Assembly (NCBI GenBank): GCA_938002015.1
Contig: CALLAU010000003.1
Location: 4,084 to 68,083 of the forward strand
From: an uncultured Bdellovibrionales bacterium
GTDB lineage: Bacteria; Bdellovibrionota; Bdellovibrionia; Bdellovibrionales; UBA1609
Reading direction: 5' to 3'
DNA: 64,000 nt
The translations under genes and the position numbers were made by a program. The notes under the pieces were generated by a model. The model saw nothing but the letters and a program-made list of their open reading frames with translations, ran no database searches and was not told the DNA's origin. Below, piece after piece: positions 17,247 to 26,706 of this stretch; the stretch's first letter is position 1, and each line of letters starts with the position of its first letter.

Positions 17247-17452
17247 GACAAAGGTTTTTGCTGCTTTCAGCGAAAATCTAATTTTCAAAAGTAAAAACAA
17301 TAACTTAACCAAGGAAAGGTTCCATACCCCTCTATTCTCAAATCACGTTAAATCACAGTGAATAATGGCATTTGCAACAACTCGTAGTAATCGGCTGTAG
17401 TTAACGAAAAATGGTTACTACAAATCTTCGTATTTTGTGCTATTCACATTTC

Positions 17453-18025
17453 ATGGCAAAGCTTTTAAAGAAAACTAAACGACTTATTCTACGCCCGCTG
17501 GAGACCAAAGACTTTGAAGTGTGGCGAACAGCCAATTCAAAAAAACTCCCCTCTCAAAATAAATGGGATGACGGAAGGCTTCCCGAGAAGGACTTCACCA
17601 AAGCTAAATTTAAAGCATTACTTAAAGAACAAAGTGATCATAGAAAAGCTGATCAATATTATAGACTTGGAGTTTTTAATAAAAAAACAGGTGCTCTAAT
17701 GGGCACTGTCTCAGCAATGAATGTTGTTAGGGGCGTTACACACTCTTGTTATCTAGGCTACTTCATTAACAACAACTACTGGGGGCAAGGCTATGGTAAA
17801 GAAGCAGCGCTAGGTATGATTCACTTCTGCTTTAAAGAGATGAAGCTTCACAGGGTTGAAGCTGGAGTTGAACCAACTAACAGGCGATCTATTATGCTTG
17901 CAAAATCACTGGGACTTAGAAAAGAGGGCCTAAAGAAGCGTATGATTTTTTTAAGAGGAGCCTGGCTAGACTGCACTATGTACAGCGCTACGTGTGAGGA
18001 GTTTGGGTATAAATGGAAAACTTAA
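17453..18025 (+). CDS. GNAT N-acetyltransferase, RimJ/RimL-like
   Basis: 'RLILRPLETKDFEVW...' opening typical of Acetyltransf_3, 'WGQGYGKEAA' acetyl-CoA loop and 'LHRVEAGVEPTNRRSIMLAKSLGLRKEG'. ATG 17453 is preferred over the ORF-track start 17411. Confidence 0.75.
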   Translation: MAKLLKKTKRLILRPLETKDFEVWRTANSKKLPSQNKWDDGRLPEKDFTKAKFKALLKEQSDHRKADQYYRLGVFNKKTGALMGTVSAMNVVRGVTHSCYLGYFINNNYWGQGYGKEAALGMIHFCFKEMKLHRVEAGVEPTNRRSIMLAKSLGLRKEGLKKRMIFLRGAWLDCTMYSATCEEFGYKWKT

Positions 18026-18540
18026 AACAACATGAGGTTATTTATAAAGAAGCCTCAATCAAAGATTGGGATAACTTAGCTAAATTCAGAAGTAGATATT
18101 CTTTTGAGGACTTTAACAAAGCCAAAAATACTTTTGAAATAGATTTTTTAAACAGCGAGAACAATAAAAACAAACTTTTTATTGCAAGCCATCAAGATAA
18201 ATTAATTGGCTATGGTAGAGTTGGCCTACACACTCACAGTGACAGTAATGAGATTTATGGTCAAACTTCAGAAGTTCCTGAAGGTTATTACACAAAAGGC
18301 CTTTTGATCGATGAAGCTTTCAGAGGAAAAGGTATTGGGCGCACTTTAACAATACTTAGAGAAAACTGGGTCAAAGATTTCGATAATAAAATCTACTGCA
18401 TCCTAAGTCTCAAAAATAATAACTCTGTTCAAATGCACCTCAAACTTGGCTTTAAAGAGATTAAGAAAAACCTCTGCTATCCAAGTGATAAACCTAATGA
18501 AATGAGTGGCTGTTTATACATTAAGGAAATAGCAAATTGA
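18013..18540 (+). CDS. GNAT family N-acetyltransferase
   Basis: 'LLIDEAFRGKGIGRTLT' (Q/R-x-x-G-x-G/A motif) and 'NNNSVQMHLKLGFKE'. It overlaps the upstream GNAT by 13 nt. Confidence 0.7.
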   Translation: MENLKQHEVIYKEASIKDWDNLAKFRSRYSFEDFNKAKNTFEIDFLNSENNKNKLFIASHQDKLIGYGRVGLHTHSDSNEIYGQTSEVPEGYYTKGLLIDEAFRGKGIGRTLTILRENWVKDFDNKIYCILSLKNNNSVQMHLKLGFKEIKKNLCYPSDKPNEMSGCLYIKEIAN

Positions 18541-19481
18541 ATTTTGATTTGGAAATAGTTAAATCTTTTTGGAATATTAATGGAGAATTAAACTTTGTCA
18601 GACAAGTTGCCAACTGGGTTTACTTCAGTCCCTCTACAGATAGTTACATTAGAATAACGAATGAAAATCATCGTTCTAAAAAGCAAATAGAATCTGAAAT
18701 ACAATGGATGTCTCATGTAAATAATTTTGAATTAAACACAGTTAGAGTTATACCTTCATCACAAGGCAATCAAATTGAAACTATCGAACACAAAAATAAA
18801 AAGTTCCATCTGATCAATCTTACAAGAGCAAAAGGGACGCGACAGATGTTACGCAATGAAGACTCAGAATTTTTTAAGAAATGGGGAGAAACTACAGCCA
18901 AACTTCACTTAGCAGCTAAAAAGTATAGCCCAAAAAATGTTGAAAGCCGCCCCATTTGGTCTGATGACTCTATCCATAAAGATATCTTAAATATAAGAAA
19001 ACCATCAGACGGTGAAATTTATAAAAAATCTCTTGAAATTGAAAATCTTATAAGCTCGTTACCAAGAGATTCAGAGTCCTTTGGACTTATACATTCAGAC
19101 TTACACACTGGAAACTTTAATGTTGATGAGAAACAAAATATTACTTTATTCGACTTTGATGACTCAGTTTATAGTTGGTTTATTTATGATATTGCAGTTA
19201 TCTTCTGGAGCTTCCAATTCAGTGAAATACAAGAGCATGAGGCCAAAATAGAGTTCTTAAAAGGTTACAGTAGTAAAAATACTCTTAATTCTATTTGGTT
19301 TGAGAGGCTTGAAAACTTTTACGCTTACAGAGTTATTCAAATTTACTATTTTGCTTTAAAAGAAATAGAAAAATCAAACTTTAATGAAAATGTTATTCAA
19401 AAATTTAAACACTCCTTAATATCAACTTATAGTTACTTTAAATTTGAGAGCAGAAACAAGCGTTTTGAGTTAAATTTTTAA
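18537..19481 (+). CDS. Aminoglycoside-phosphotransferase / choline-kinase-fold small-molecule kinase (APH family)
   Basis: Brenner/catalytic motif 'GLIHSDLHTGNFNV' and 'TLFDFDDSVYSWFIYDIA'. The TTG start overlaps the previous stop by 4 nt. Confidence 0.7.
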   Translation: MNFDLEIVKSFWNINGELNFVRQVANWVYFSPSTDSYIRITNENHRSKKQIESEIQWMSHVNNFELNTVRVIPSSQGNQIETIEHKNKKFHLINLTRAKGTRQMLRNEDSEFFKKWGETTAKLHLAAKKYSPKNVESRPIWSDDSIHKDILNIRKPSDGEIYKKSLEIENLISSLPRDSESFGLIHSDLHTGNFNVDEKQNITLFDFDDSVYSWFIYDIAVIFWSFQFSEIQEHEAKIEFLKGYSSKNTLNSIWFERLENFYAYRVIQIYYFALKEIEKSNFNENVIQKFKHSLISTYSYFKFESRNKRFELNF

Positions 19482-19791
19482 CTTGAAAAAAAATCTAAAG
19501 CATAATGATTTATAATAATCGCAAAATAATTACTTAATTGACTTTAAGGCCAAGTTCTTCTTTGATTACTTTATTATGATATTTTTGAATGCAAGAGAAC
19601 ACCAGCTGTGCTTGGCAATATGACCAACCCAACCACTTTATGATAGATAACTTAGTCCAATGAGATAGCTCTTTTTAGTTTGTGTATTAAAAAAGGTATA
19701 AAGCAATCATACATATTATATTTCGTTTAGAAGACAAGAGAACAAATTTAACGGGAAAAATTATTAAGAGCAGATTTTAAAGGAGAAATTT

Positions 19792-20565
19792 ATGAATTCA
19801 AAGAATATATTAATAACAGGCGCCACTGATGGCATTGGTTTAGAAACAGCTAGAAAACTAAAGTCACTAGGACATAACATTATTATTCATGGTCGTAGTG
19901 CTGAGAAACTAGAAAAAGTTGCTGCTGAATTAAATGCAAAATCATTTAAAGCTGATTTATCAAAGCTTTTAGAAGTAGGTGAAATGGCAAAATCTATCTT
20001 AGAAGAATATGAACAAATCGATGTTCTCATCAACAATGCAGGGGTTTTAAAAACATCACATCCTAGAACTGAAGATGGTTATGATGTTCGTTATGTAGTA
20101 AATACGTTTGCTCCTTACTTACTAACAAAGAAATTACTTCCTCTATTAAAAAATGGAAGAGTGATTAACCTCTCATCTGCAGCTCAAGCTTCAGTAGATT
20201 TTAATGCTTTGCTAGGAAAAGTTGAGATGAGTGATTTTGAAGCCTACGCCCAAAGCAAATTAGCTATTACAATGTGGTCAAGATATATGGCAGATCAAGT
20301 CGGCAGTGATGGACCTGTGATTATTGCTGTTAACCCGGCTTCACTACTTGGAACAAAAATGGTTAAAGAAGGATTTAACACTCCTGGAAATGATATTAAT
20401 ATTGGTGTAAATATTCTTACAAGTCTGTCACTAGAGGCTAAGCATGCTGAGCACTCTGGAGAGTATTACGATAATGATAATAAAAGATATGCACCACCTC
20501 AAGCTGACGGGCTTGATGATGAAAAAGCTAAACAAATTGTTGAATTAATTGAGGGGATTATATGA
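19792..20565 (+). CDS. Short-chain dehydrogenase/reductase (SDR)
   Basis: '[16 protein letters not shown]' (TGxxxGxG), 'NNAG' and 'YAQSK' (YxxxK). Confidence 0.8.
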   Translation: MNSKNILITGATDGIGLETARKLKSLGHNIIIHGRSAEKLEKVAAELNAKSFKADLSKLLEVGEMAKSILEEYEQIDVLINNAGVLKTSHPRTEDGYDVRYVVNTFAPYLLTKKLLPLLKNGRVINLSSAAQASVDFNALLGKVEMSDFEAYAQSKLAITMWSRYMADQVGSDGPVIIAVNPASLLGTKMVKEGFNTPGNDINIGVNILTSLSLEAKHAEHSGEYYDNDNKRYAPPQADGLDDEKAKQIVELIEGII

Positions 20566-21332
20566 AATATTTTTTATTCATCTTCTTAACTTTTAACCTT
20601 CTTATAGGGTGCGCTCACACACCACAAAAAGAAGATTCTGCTAAAATCCTTTCAATTACAGATGTAAAGTGGGAGAAATTAAATCCAGCTAGAGGCAGCC
20701 AAAGCCCCCAGGCAGCAACTCTATGGGGAGATCGAAAAGGTAGCACTGCTACTGGTTTTTTAGCAAAGTTTGTAGACGGGTTTTCCTCTCCTCCTCATAT
20801 TCATAACGTCTCATACAAAGCAATAGTTATTAAGGGACTTATTCATAATGATGATCCAAAGGCTGAAAAGATGTGGATGCCAAAAAGTTCTTATTGGACT
20901 CAACCTGCAGGAGAAGCACATATTACATCTGCAAAAGGACAAACTAACATTGCCTTAGTAGAAATTGATCATGGACCATACTTAGTCAAATCAACAAAAG
21001 AAAATTTTGATAATAACGAAAGACCTTTTAACATCCATAGCTCAAATATAATTTGGAAAGTCTTTAAGGGAGTAAAAGTTGCAGATATGTGGAAGAATAA
21101 GGAAGGTCGAGTAACCGGCTCCATGGTGAAGTTTAAAAACTCTCTTAAACTTGATAGTGAAAACACATACTTAGTGTTAATTGCTGGCAGTATGATATTT
21201 CAAAAACAAAGCCTTATGCCAGGGAGTTTAATAAAAATTGATAAAAAAACTCGCTCTTATTTTTCTTGTACTCAAGAAAGTGAATGTATTTTATATATAA
21301 AATCAGATAAAAACTTTAAGCTACAAAGATAG
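20562..21332 (+). CDS. Lipoprotein with cupin-like (DUF4437-type) domain
   Basis: Lipobox 'LLIGC' and '[29 protein letters not shown]' resembling DUF4437/ChrR-like cupins. ATGA overlap with the SDR gene. Confidence 0.45.
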   Translation: MKYFLFIFLTFNLLIGCAHTPQKEDSAKILSITDVKWEKLNPARGSQSPQAATLWGDRKGSTATGFLAKFVDGFSSPPHIHNVSYKAIVIKGLIHNDDPKAEKMWMPKSSYWTQPAGEAHITSAKGQTNIALVEIDHGPYLVKSTKENFDNNERPFNIHSSNIIWKVFKGVKVADMWKNKEGRVTGSMVKFKNSLKLDSENTYLVLIAGSMIFQKQSLMPGSLIKIDKKTRSYFSCTQESECILYIKSDKNFKLQR

Positions 21333-21537
21333 GCGTCTTAGAGTTTTTCTTTACTAATTATTCTTCGTTTAGAGTATTTATTCATCATTTAGAACTTAGA
21401 ATTTAAGCAGCACTTAAAAAAAATCAAGCAGCCTTATCTTGCGCACTTCAGCAGCTCCTAAAACTAAGATCTTATTCGTGACAGTCTGCTAAATTTTAGA
21501 TTCAATACGTACCTAGCTTAAACAAAGGGATGCTTCT

Positions 21538-22521
21538 GTGCCTAAAATGAAACTTAGTGATATTAAAACAAATAATGAATACTTAAGATTAGACTCAAAT
21601 ATTGATATGCTTGCAAAAAGCATTGAGCAGGTCGGACTTATTCATCCACTTAGTGTAAATGAAAAAAATGAACTCCTTGCTGGAGGAAGAAGGTACTGCG
21701 CATTACAAAAGCTTGGTTTTAAAGAGGCAGAAGTCACTGTTATTAAAAAATCAGATCTAGAACAAGAGCTTATCTCAATTGATGAAAATTTAGTTCGCAA
21801 ATCCTTAAGTAAACTTCAATTTGAAAAATGTCTTAACAGAGGGCGCTCTATTTATGAGGAACTTAACCCTGATGCTGTAAGAGTATCTATGGATACGAAA
21901 AAATTAACTGCTGCTGAAAAAACTGAAAGAAAAGAGCAAGAACTTTTAGATGATTCATCTTTTGCTGCTGTTAGCTCTGAAAAATTAGGGCTTTCTAAAT
22001 CTGTGATTAGTGGAGCCATTAAAAGAGATGCCTTATCTTCAAGTAAAGTTAAGGAAGCTAGAAATCAAGGTGAAATTAATGCCGGGCAAGCCAATGAGCT
22101 TATTAGAATGTCTAAAAAAGACCAAGATAAAGTTCTTCCACATCTTAAAAAACACTCCATTAAAGAAATTAGGCAGTTTGTTGATACTGCATCTGAAACA
22201 AGTATTGAAGAAGCGTTAGAAGCTGATAAGAAAATTGCCAAACTTCCAAAAGAGTATGTTCAAGTTATTAACCTTAGTAAGCGCTTAAATAAAGTGCTAG
22301 CAAAAATACTAATTGAACAAATGACCTACTCAGGTACTGAAACTAATAAAATTAGTAACGAAGCACTAAAGTTAACTGATCATTTATCAGATTTTTTAGA
22401 CCTTCAAAAAAATGGTCCTCTTAAGAAGAACTCCACAAGCAAAGATTCAAACATTGATGAAGATCGTATTATTAGTTTAAATTCAGATAATACTAATAAC
22501 GGACTTCATGCAGATCTTTGA
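21538..22521 (+). CDS. Orphan ParB-like nuclease-domain (ParB/Srx fold) protein with long charged helical C-terminus
   Basis: 'GLIHPLSVNEKNELLAGGRRYCALQKLGFKEAEVTVI' matches the ParB N-terminal GxxR box region. There is no adjacent parA. Confidence 0.6.
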   Translation: MPKMKLSDIKTNNEYLRLDSNIDMLAKSIEQVGLIHPLSVNEKNELLAGGRRYCALQKLGFKEAEVTVIKKSDLEQELISIDENLVRKSLSKLQFEKCLNRGRSIYEELNPDAVRVSMDTKKLTAAEKTERKEQELLDDSSFAAVSSEKLGLSKSVISGAIKRDALSSSKVKEARNQGEINAGQANELIRMSKKDQDKVLPHLKKHSIKEIRQFVDTASETSIEEALEADKKIAKLPKEYVQVINLSKRLNKVLAKILIEQMTYSGTETNKISNEALKLTDHLSDFLDLQKNGPLKKNSTSKDSNIDEDRIISLNSDNTNNGLHADL

Positions 22522-22533
22522 TACTTTGAGCTT

Positions 22534-22577
22534 AAAAAGAGCGACTCTATGAGTTGACAGGAAAGCTCTTTTTTTGC
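22534..22577 (+). terminator. Putative terminator after the ParB-like gene
   Basis: AAAAAGAGC (22534-22542) / GCTCTTTTT (22565-22573) stem followed by a T-run. The loop is long (22 nt), so confidence is modest. Confidence 0.35.
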
Positions 22578-22580
22578 ACT

Positions 22581-22617
22581 ATATACATATTAGAACTATA
22601 ACTTCTAATATGTATAT
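22581..22617. promoter_or_regulatory. Perfect 15-bp inverted repeat upstream of the AAA/DUF4143 gene
   Basis: ATATACATATTAGAA (22581-22595) / TTCTAATATGTATAT (22603-22617) with a 7-nt spacer. It ends 19 nt before ATG 22636. Confidence 0.35.
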
Positions 22618-22635
22618 TAACTCTAAGGTATTGAA

Positions 22636-23775
22636 ATGATTAAAAGAAATCTGTCTTCTGTATTAGAAAAGCAAGCTCAAAGCTACCCTGTTGTCACTTT
22701 AACTGGCCCACGCCAGTCGGGTAAAACAACTCTTTGTAAGCATGTTTTTCAAAATTTTGAATACAAAAACCTTGAAGATCCAGAAACCCTTCTCATTGCT
22801 CAGTCTGACCCTAAAGCATTTCTCAAAACAAAGAAAGAAGGACTTATTATTGACGAGTTTCAAAGGTTTCCTAAACTAGCTTCCTATATACAAGTTATAG
22901 TCGATGAGAATAAGTCAGCAGGGCAGTTTATTTTAAGTGGAAGCCAGCAACTTGAACTCAGCCAAACCGTAAGTCAATCTCTGGCTGGGAGAACCTCTAT
23001 TCTAAAACTACTCCCTTTAAGTTATAAAGAGCTGTACAAAGAAAAAAAAGTTTCTCTAGAGGACCTTCTCTACAAAGGGTTCTTTCCACGAGTACACGAC
23101 TCAAAACTAAACCCAACTGAAGCCTTTTCATCTTATGTCAGTACTTATGTGGAGCGTGACATTCGTCAAATATCAGAAGTTCATAACTTGAGAAGTTTCA
23201 ATCTTTTTCTCAAAGTTTGCGCCTCTCAAATAGGCCAAACAGTTAACTTTTCAAAAATCAGTAATGATTTAGGAGTAAGTTATAAAACCATACAGTCTTG
23301 GCTTTCTTTACTTGAAGCCAGTTTCTTAGTTTTCACCCTTCCCTCTTATTTTAAAAATTTAAAGAAAAGAGTCATTAAATCACCAAAAATTTATTTTTAT
23401 GATATCGGTCTTGCTGCATACCTGCTTGGAGCAAAAAGCCCTGAGCATATATCCGTACTTCCTAATAAAGGCAGTCTTTTTGAAAATTTTATTGTCGCTG
23501 ATTTTTACAAACGCTCTTACAATGCCGGTATCAACCCAGAGTTTTATTTCTATAGAGACAATAGTGGTTTAGAAATAGACCTTATTGAGGACCACCCTGA
23601 AGGTCCAAATTTGTATGAAATAAAAATGGGATCTACCTATACTTCAGATTTCTCAAAGAATATAAATTCCTACATCAAAAACAATAATACAGTTCAGAAA
23701 AAATCTATTATCTATTCTGGAGATGGAGATAAAATGGTTAATAGTATTCAGCTAGTCGCTTACAATCAAATGTAA
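22636..23775 (+). CDS. AAA ATPase (AAA_14) fused to DUF4143 (PD-(D/E)xK-like) domain
   Basis: Walker A 'GPRQSGKTTL', Walker B 'LIIDEFQ' and C-terminal 'LFENFIVADF...FYFYRDNSGLEIDLIE...LYEIKMG' typical of DUF4143. Confidence 0.75.
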   Translation: MIKRNLSSVLEKQAQSYPVVTLTGPRQSGKTTLCKHVFQNFEYKNLEDPETLLIAQSDPKAFLKTKKEGLIIDEFQRFPKLASYIQVIVDENKSAGQFILSGSQQLELSQTVSQSLAGRTSILKLLPLSYKELYKEKKVSLEDLLYKGFFPRVHDSKLNPTEAFSSYVSTYVERDIRQISEVHNLRSFNLFLKVCASQIGQTVNFSKISNDLGVSYKTIQSWLSLLEASFLVFTLPSYFKNLKKRVIKSPKIYFYDIGLAAYLLGAKSPEHISVLPNKGSLFENFIVADFYKRSYNAGINPEFYFYRDNSGLEIDLIEDHPEGPNLYEIKMGSTYTSDFSKNINSYIKNNNTVQKKSIIYSGDGDKMVNSIQLVAYNQM

Positions 23776-23790
23776 GAAAAGGACACATAA

Positions 23791-24006
23791 ATGAGAGATC
23801 CTTTAGAAGGCAAAACATTAGAATCAATACTTACAGAGCTTGTTTCTGAGTTTGGCTTTGAAGAGCTAGGTCGAGTGATAGACATTAACTGCTTTAACAC
23901 TAACCCAAGTATTAAATCTAGTTTAAAATTCTTAAGGAAAACTCCCTGGGCAAGAGCTAAAGTTGAAAAACTCTACATCTATGAAATTTTAGAAAATCCA
24001 GAGTAA
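23791..24006 (+). CDS. VF530/DUF2132 family small protein
   Basis: '[25 protein letters not shown]' is the conserved core of the DUF2132 family. Confidence 0.7.
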   Translation: MRDPLEGKTLESILTELVSEFGFEELGRVIDINCFNTNPSIKSSLKFLRKTPWARAKVEKLYIYEILENPE

Positions 24007-24051
24007 GTAAAAATAACGAGAAAAAAACAACAACTTCATTTAGGAAATACG

Positions 24052-24951
24052 ATGACTTATAAAAAGAGCCCTTGGGGAGAAAAAGAAAAGAAAGACTGGT
24101 TAGATGAACAGGTTATTAAACGCTCCTATTTAAATGAGGTGGTTTCTAAAATAGACTCCTTAAAAAATATGTTTGATGTAAAAAAATACGAATCTCTTTC
24201 ATATGCTCCAGAGAAGTATCCACTTTTTATTATTAAAAATTTAAACTTTGATCCACTAAAAAAGAATATATTAATAACTGGTGGCGTACACGGCTATGAA
24301 ACAAGTGGTGTTCATGGAGCATTAAGCTTCCTAGAAAAAGAAGCAAACAACTACACTAACAAGTTTAATATTATTGTCGCACCTTGCATTAGTCCATGGG
24401 GGTATGAAACCATCAACCGCTGGAATCCAGATACTATTGACCCTAATCGTTCTTTCTTTAAAGATAGCCCTTCTCAAGAGTGCAGCCTGTTAATGCAGGA
24501 GATTGCATCTATGGAAATTGAGATTTTTGCACATATTGATTTACACGAAACTACTGATACTGATAATTCAGTTTTTAGACCTGCACTAGAGAAAAGAGAT
24601 GGCATTAAACAAGAAGTTTGGGATATCCCGGATGGTTTTTATCTAGTTGGAGATTCAAAAAATCCAACTCATGATTTTCAAAAAGCAATGATTGATTCAG
24701 TTAGAGAAATAACACACATTGCTCAGGCTGATGAAAATAAAAAGCTTATAGGAAAAGAAATCACTCAAGAAGGTGTTATCAACTACCCTGTAAAAGAGCT
24801 AAAACTCTGCACTGGGTTTTCGAATGCTACATACTGCAGTACAACGGAAGTCTATCCTGACAGCCCAAGACTTAATAATGATGATTGCATAAATGCACAG
24901 GTAGCGGCAGTTCTTGGAGGATTAAATTATTTATTACGCACTTCACTTTAA
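24052..24951 (+). CDS. M14-type zinc carboxypeptidase / succinylglutamate desuccinylase-aspartoacylase-like protein
   Basis: Zn-ligand motifs 'GGVHGYETSG' (H-x-x-E) and 'AHIDLHET'. Confidence 0.6.
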   Translation: MTYKKSPWGEKEKKDWLDEQVIKRSYLNEVVSKIDSLKNMFDVKKYESLSYAPEKYPLFIIKNLNFDPLKKNILITGGVHGYETSGVHGALSFLEKEANNYTNKFNIIVAPCISPWGYETINRWNPDTIDPNRSFFKDSPSQECSLLMQEIASMEIEIFAHIDLHETTDTDNSVFRPALEKRDGIKQEVWDIPDGFYLVGDSKNPTHDFQKAMIDSVREITHIAQADENKKLIGKEITQEGVINYPVKELKLCTGFSNATYCSTTEVYPDSPRLNNDDCINAQVAAVLGGLNYLLRTSL

Positions 24952-25118
24952 ACTATTTTGGCTTAAACAACACCTTAGTCTTATAAAGAGGAAGTAAGCA
25001 CCTAATATAACTCACTTTTTTTACCTAGCTCTTTAAGAGAAACGATCAAGAGTCTTTTCTTTTTAATACTAAAATAGAGGCTGTTTAATTCCGATATGTT
25101 TAATTAATGAGAAGCTGT

Positions 25119-26282
25119 ATGAAAACCATATTTTTTTTAAATCAAAAATACAGCCGATTTTTCTTAATTCTTTTAATCTTTGTTTTAAATAGCTGTAGTA
25201 GTGATTCTAAAAATGAGAACACTAACCCATCTGTAACAAGGCGATCATTTAATATGGGTTTTACACCCTGGCCATTTGCAGCAACTCTAGCTGCACAAAA
25301 TGAGATCTATAGCTTTATCGATGACAACGCTGATCTCATTGCAATACATCTAGATGGCGGAGTTCCCTGGCCAGAAGCATTAACACCAAATAATTTTGAT
25401 AACTATGGATCAGGAGTTAAAAATGAAATTAATGGCATCACTTCAAGACTTACATCACTTACAAACAAAGAAATATATTTAGGAGTAAGCCCTTTTAATG
25501 GACTAAGAGATGATAAGGCTCTTTACTGGAACACTTCAACGAATGAGTCAAATCCAAGCCCCTGGGATACCTATGATTTTGATAATAATTTTCTAGTTAG
25601 TGCTTACGCAAACTACGTTGATGAAGTCATAAAAAAAATTAATCCAAAGTATGTTAATTATGCAATTGAGATAAATGAATATTATCATAATGTTCCTGCT
25701 GACAGAACTAAACTTCAGTATTTTTATATTAATGTTTATACTATTTTAAAAAATAAATACCCAGACATTATCTTTATGACTTCTTTTACTATGTCTTCTC
25801 CGGGCTCAGTTAAAATGCAAGAAACTGCTGATTTATTTCTTCATTTAAAAGATTATCTAGATATGACCGGAATAAGTATTTATCCATATGCTTTTTTTTC
25901 TCATAGCGATAAAGGTGATCCAGCAAACCTTCCAAATAACTGGCTTTCACAAATTAGTAGTATCGCTCCAGGAAAGCCTTACTTCATAGCCGAAACAGGT
26001 TTTGTAGGCGAGTCACTTTCAATACCAGCTTTTGGATTAAATGTTACAAGTGATGAAAACAAGCAAAGAGCATATTTACTCAAACTTTTTCAAGAAGCCA
26101 ACAACTTAGATGTAGAAGGTATTGTATGGTTTAGCCCATACGATTTTGATGATTTATGGTCGAGTTCATTAAACGATGATTTATCTCTAGTTTGGAGAGA
26201 CACAGGATTAAAAGATGGCAACCAAGTTTCAAGAGCTGCTCTACAACTATGGAATGAATGGCTTAGCTACATTTTCTTATAA
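25119..26282 (+). CDS. Lipoprotein, clan GH-A-like (TIM-barrel) glycoside hydrolase
   Basis: Lipobox 'VLNSC', candidate acid/base 'AIEINEY' (N-E) and nucleophile 'FIAETGF'. The ORF-track start is 25107. The family is not resolved. Confidence 0.45.
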   Translation: MKTIFFLNQKYSRFFLILLIFVLNSCSSDSKNENTNPSVTRRSFNMGFTPWPFAATLAAQNEIYSFIDDNADLIAIHLDGGVPWPEALTPNNFDNYGSGVKNEINGITSRLTSLTNKEIYLGVSPFNGLRDDKALYWNTSTNESNPSPWDTYDFDNNFLVSAYANYVDEVIKKINPKYVNYAIEINEYYHNVPADRTKLQYFYINVYTILKNKYPDIIFMTSFTMSSPGSVKMQETADLFLHLKDYLDMTGISIYPYAFFSHSDKGDPANLPNNWLSQISSIAPGKPYFIAETGFVGESLSIPAFGLNVTSDENKQRAYLLKLFQEANNLDVEGIVWFSPYDFDDLWSSSLNDDLSLVWRDTGLKDGNQVSRAALQLWNEWLSYIFL

Positions 26283-26558
26283 TCTACTTTTTAAATTCTT
26301 AACATGAAACATAAGCTCATTTGATACTCTTTCTATCTCATTAAGTTTTTCGGTGATCACTTCTGGCTCTAAACCAAAAAGATCAGAGATACTCACTCCA
26401 AATAATTTTGCTAATTTGGGATAAGGCTCACCAGTGATTGCTCTTCCATTTTCCCATTCACGATAAGTACTTAAACTTACTTCTAAAAACTCAGCACATT
26501 CACTTACTTTCATTTTTCTTTGAAGTCTTAATTTTTTTAACCTCTCTCCTATAGACAT
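26277..26558 (-). CDS. XRE-family HTH transcriptional regulator
   Basis: 'IGERLKKLRLQRKMKVSECAEFLEVSLSTYREWENGR...LAKLFGVSISDLFG'. Confidence 0.8.
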   Translation of the reverse strand: MSIGERLKKLRLQRKMKVSECAEFLEVSLSTYREWENGRAITGEPYPKLAKLFGVSISDLFGLEPEVITEKLNEIERVSNELMFHVKNLKSRL

Positions 26559-26706
26559 AACCCACTCACCCCGTAATCTAAATAAGGGTAAACGCTAAAA
26601 GTATTGAGTGTAAAATTAATACTCAGACCTACTATCATAGTTAAAATTTATATAAGTCTGAGCTTGTTAATACTTAATTATTTCTTTGTTAAGTGCCTTA
26701 AATTAC

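Noticed and set aside
19541-19680. Minus-strand open frame without a start codon (…HWTKLSIIKWLGWSYCQAQLVFSCIQKYHNKVIKEELGLKVN*) in the 310-nt gap before the SDR gene, considered as a possible gene relic
   Set aside because: It has no start codon and is only ~46 codons long. I cannot assign it to any family, so there is not enough evidence to call a pseudogene.
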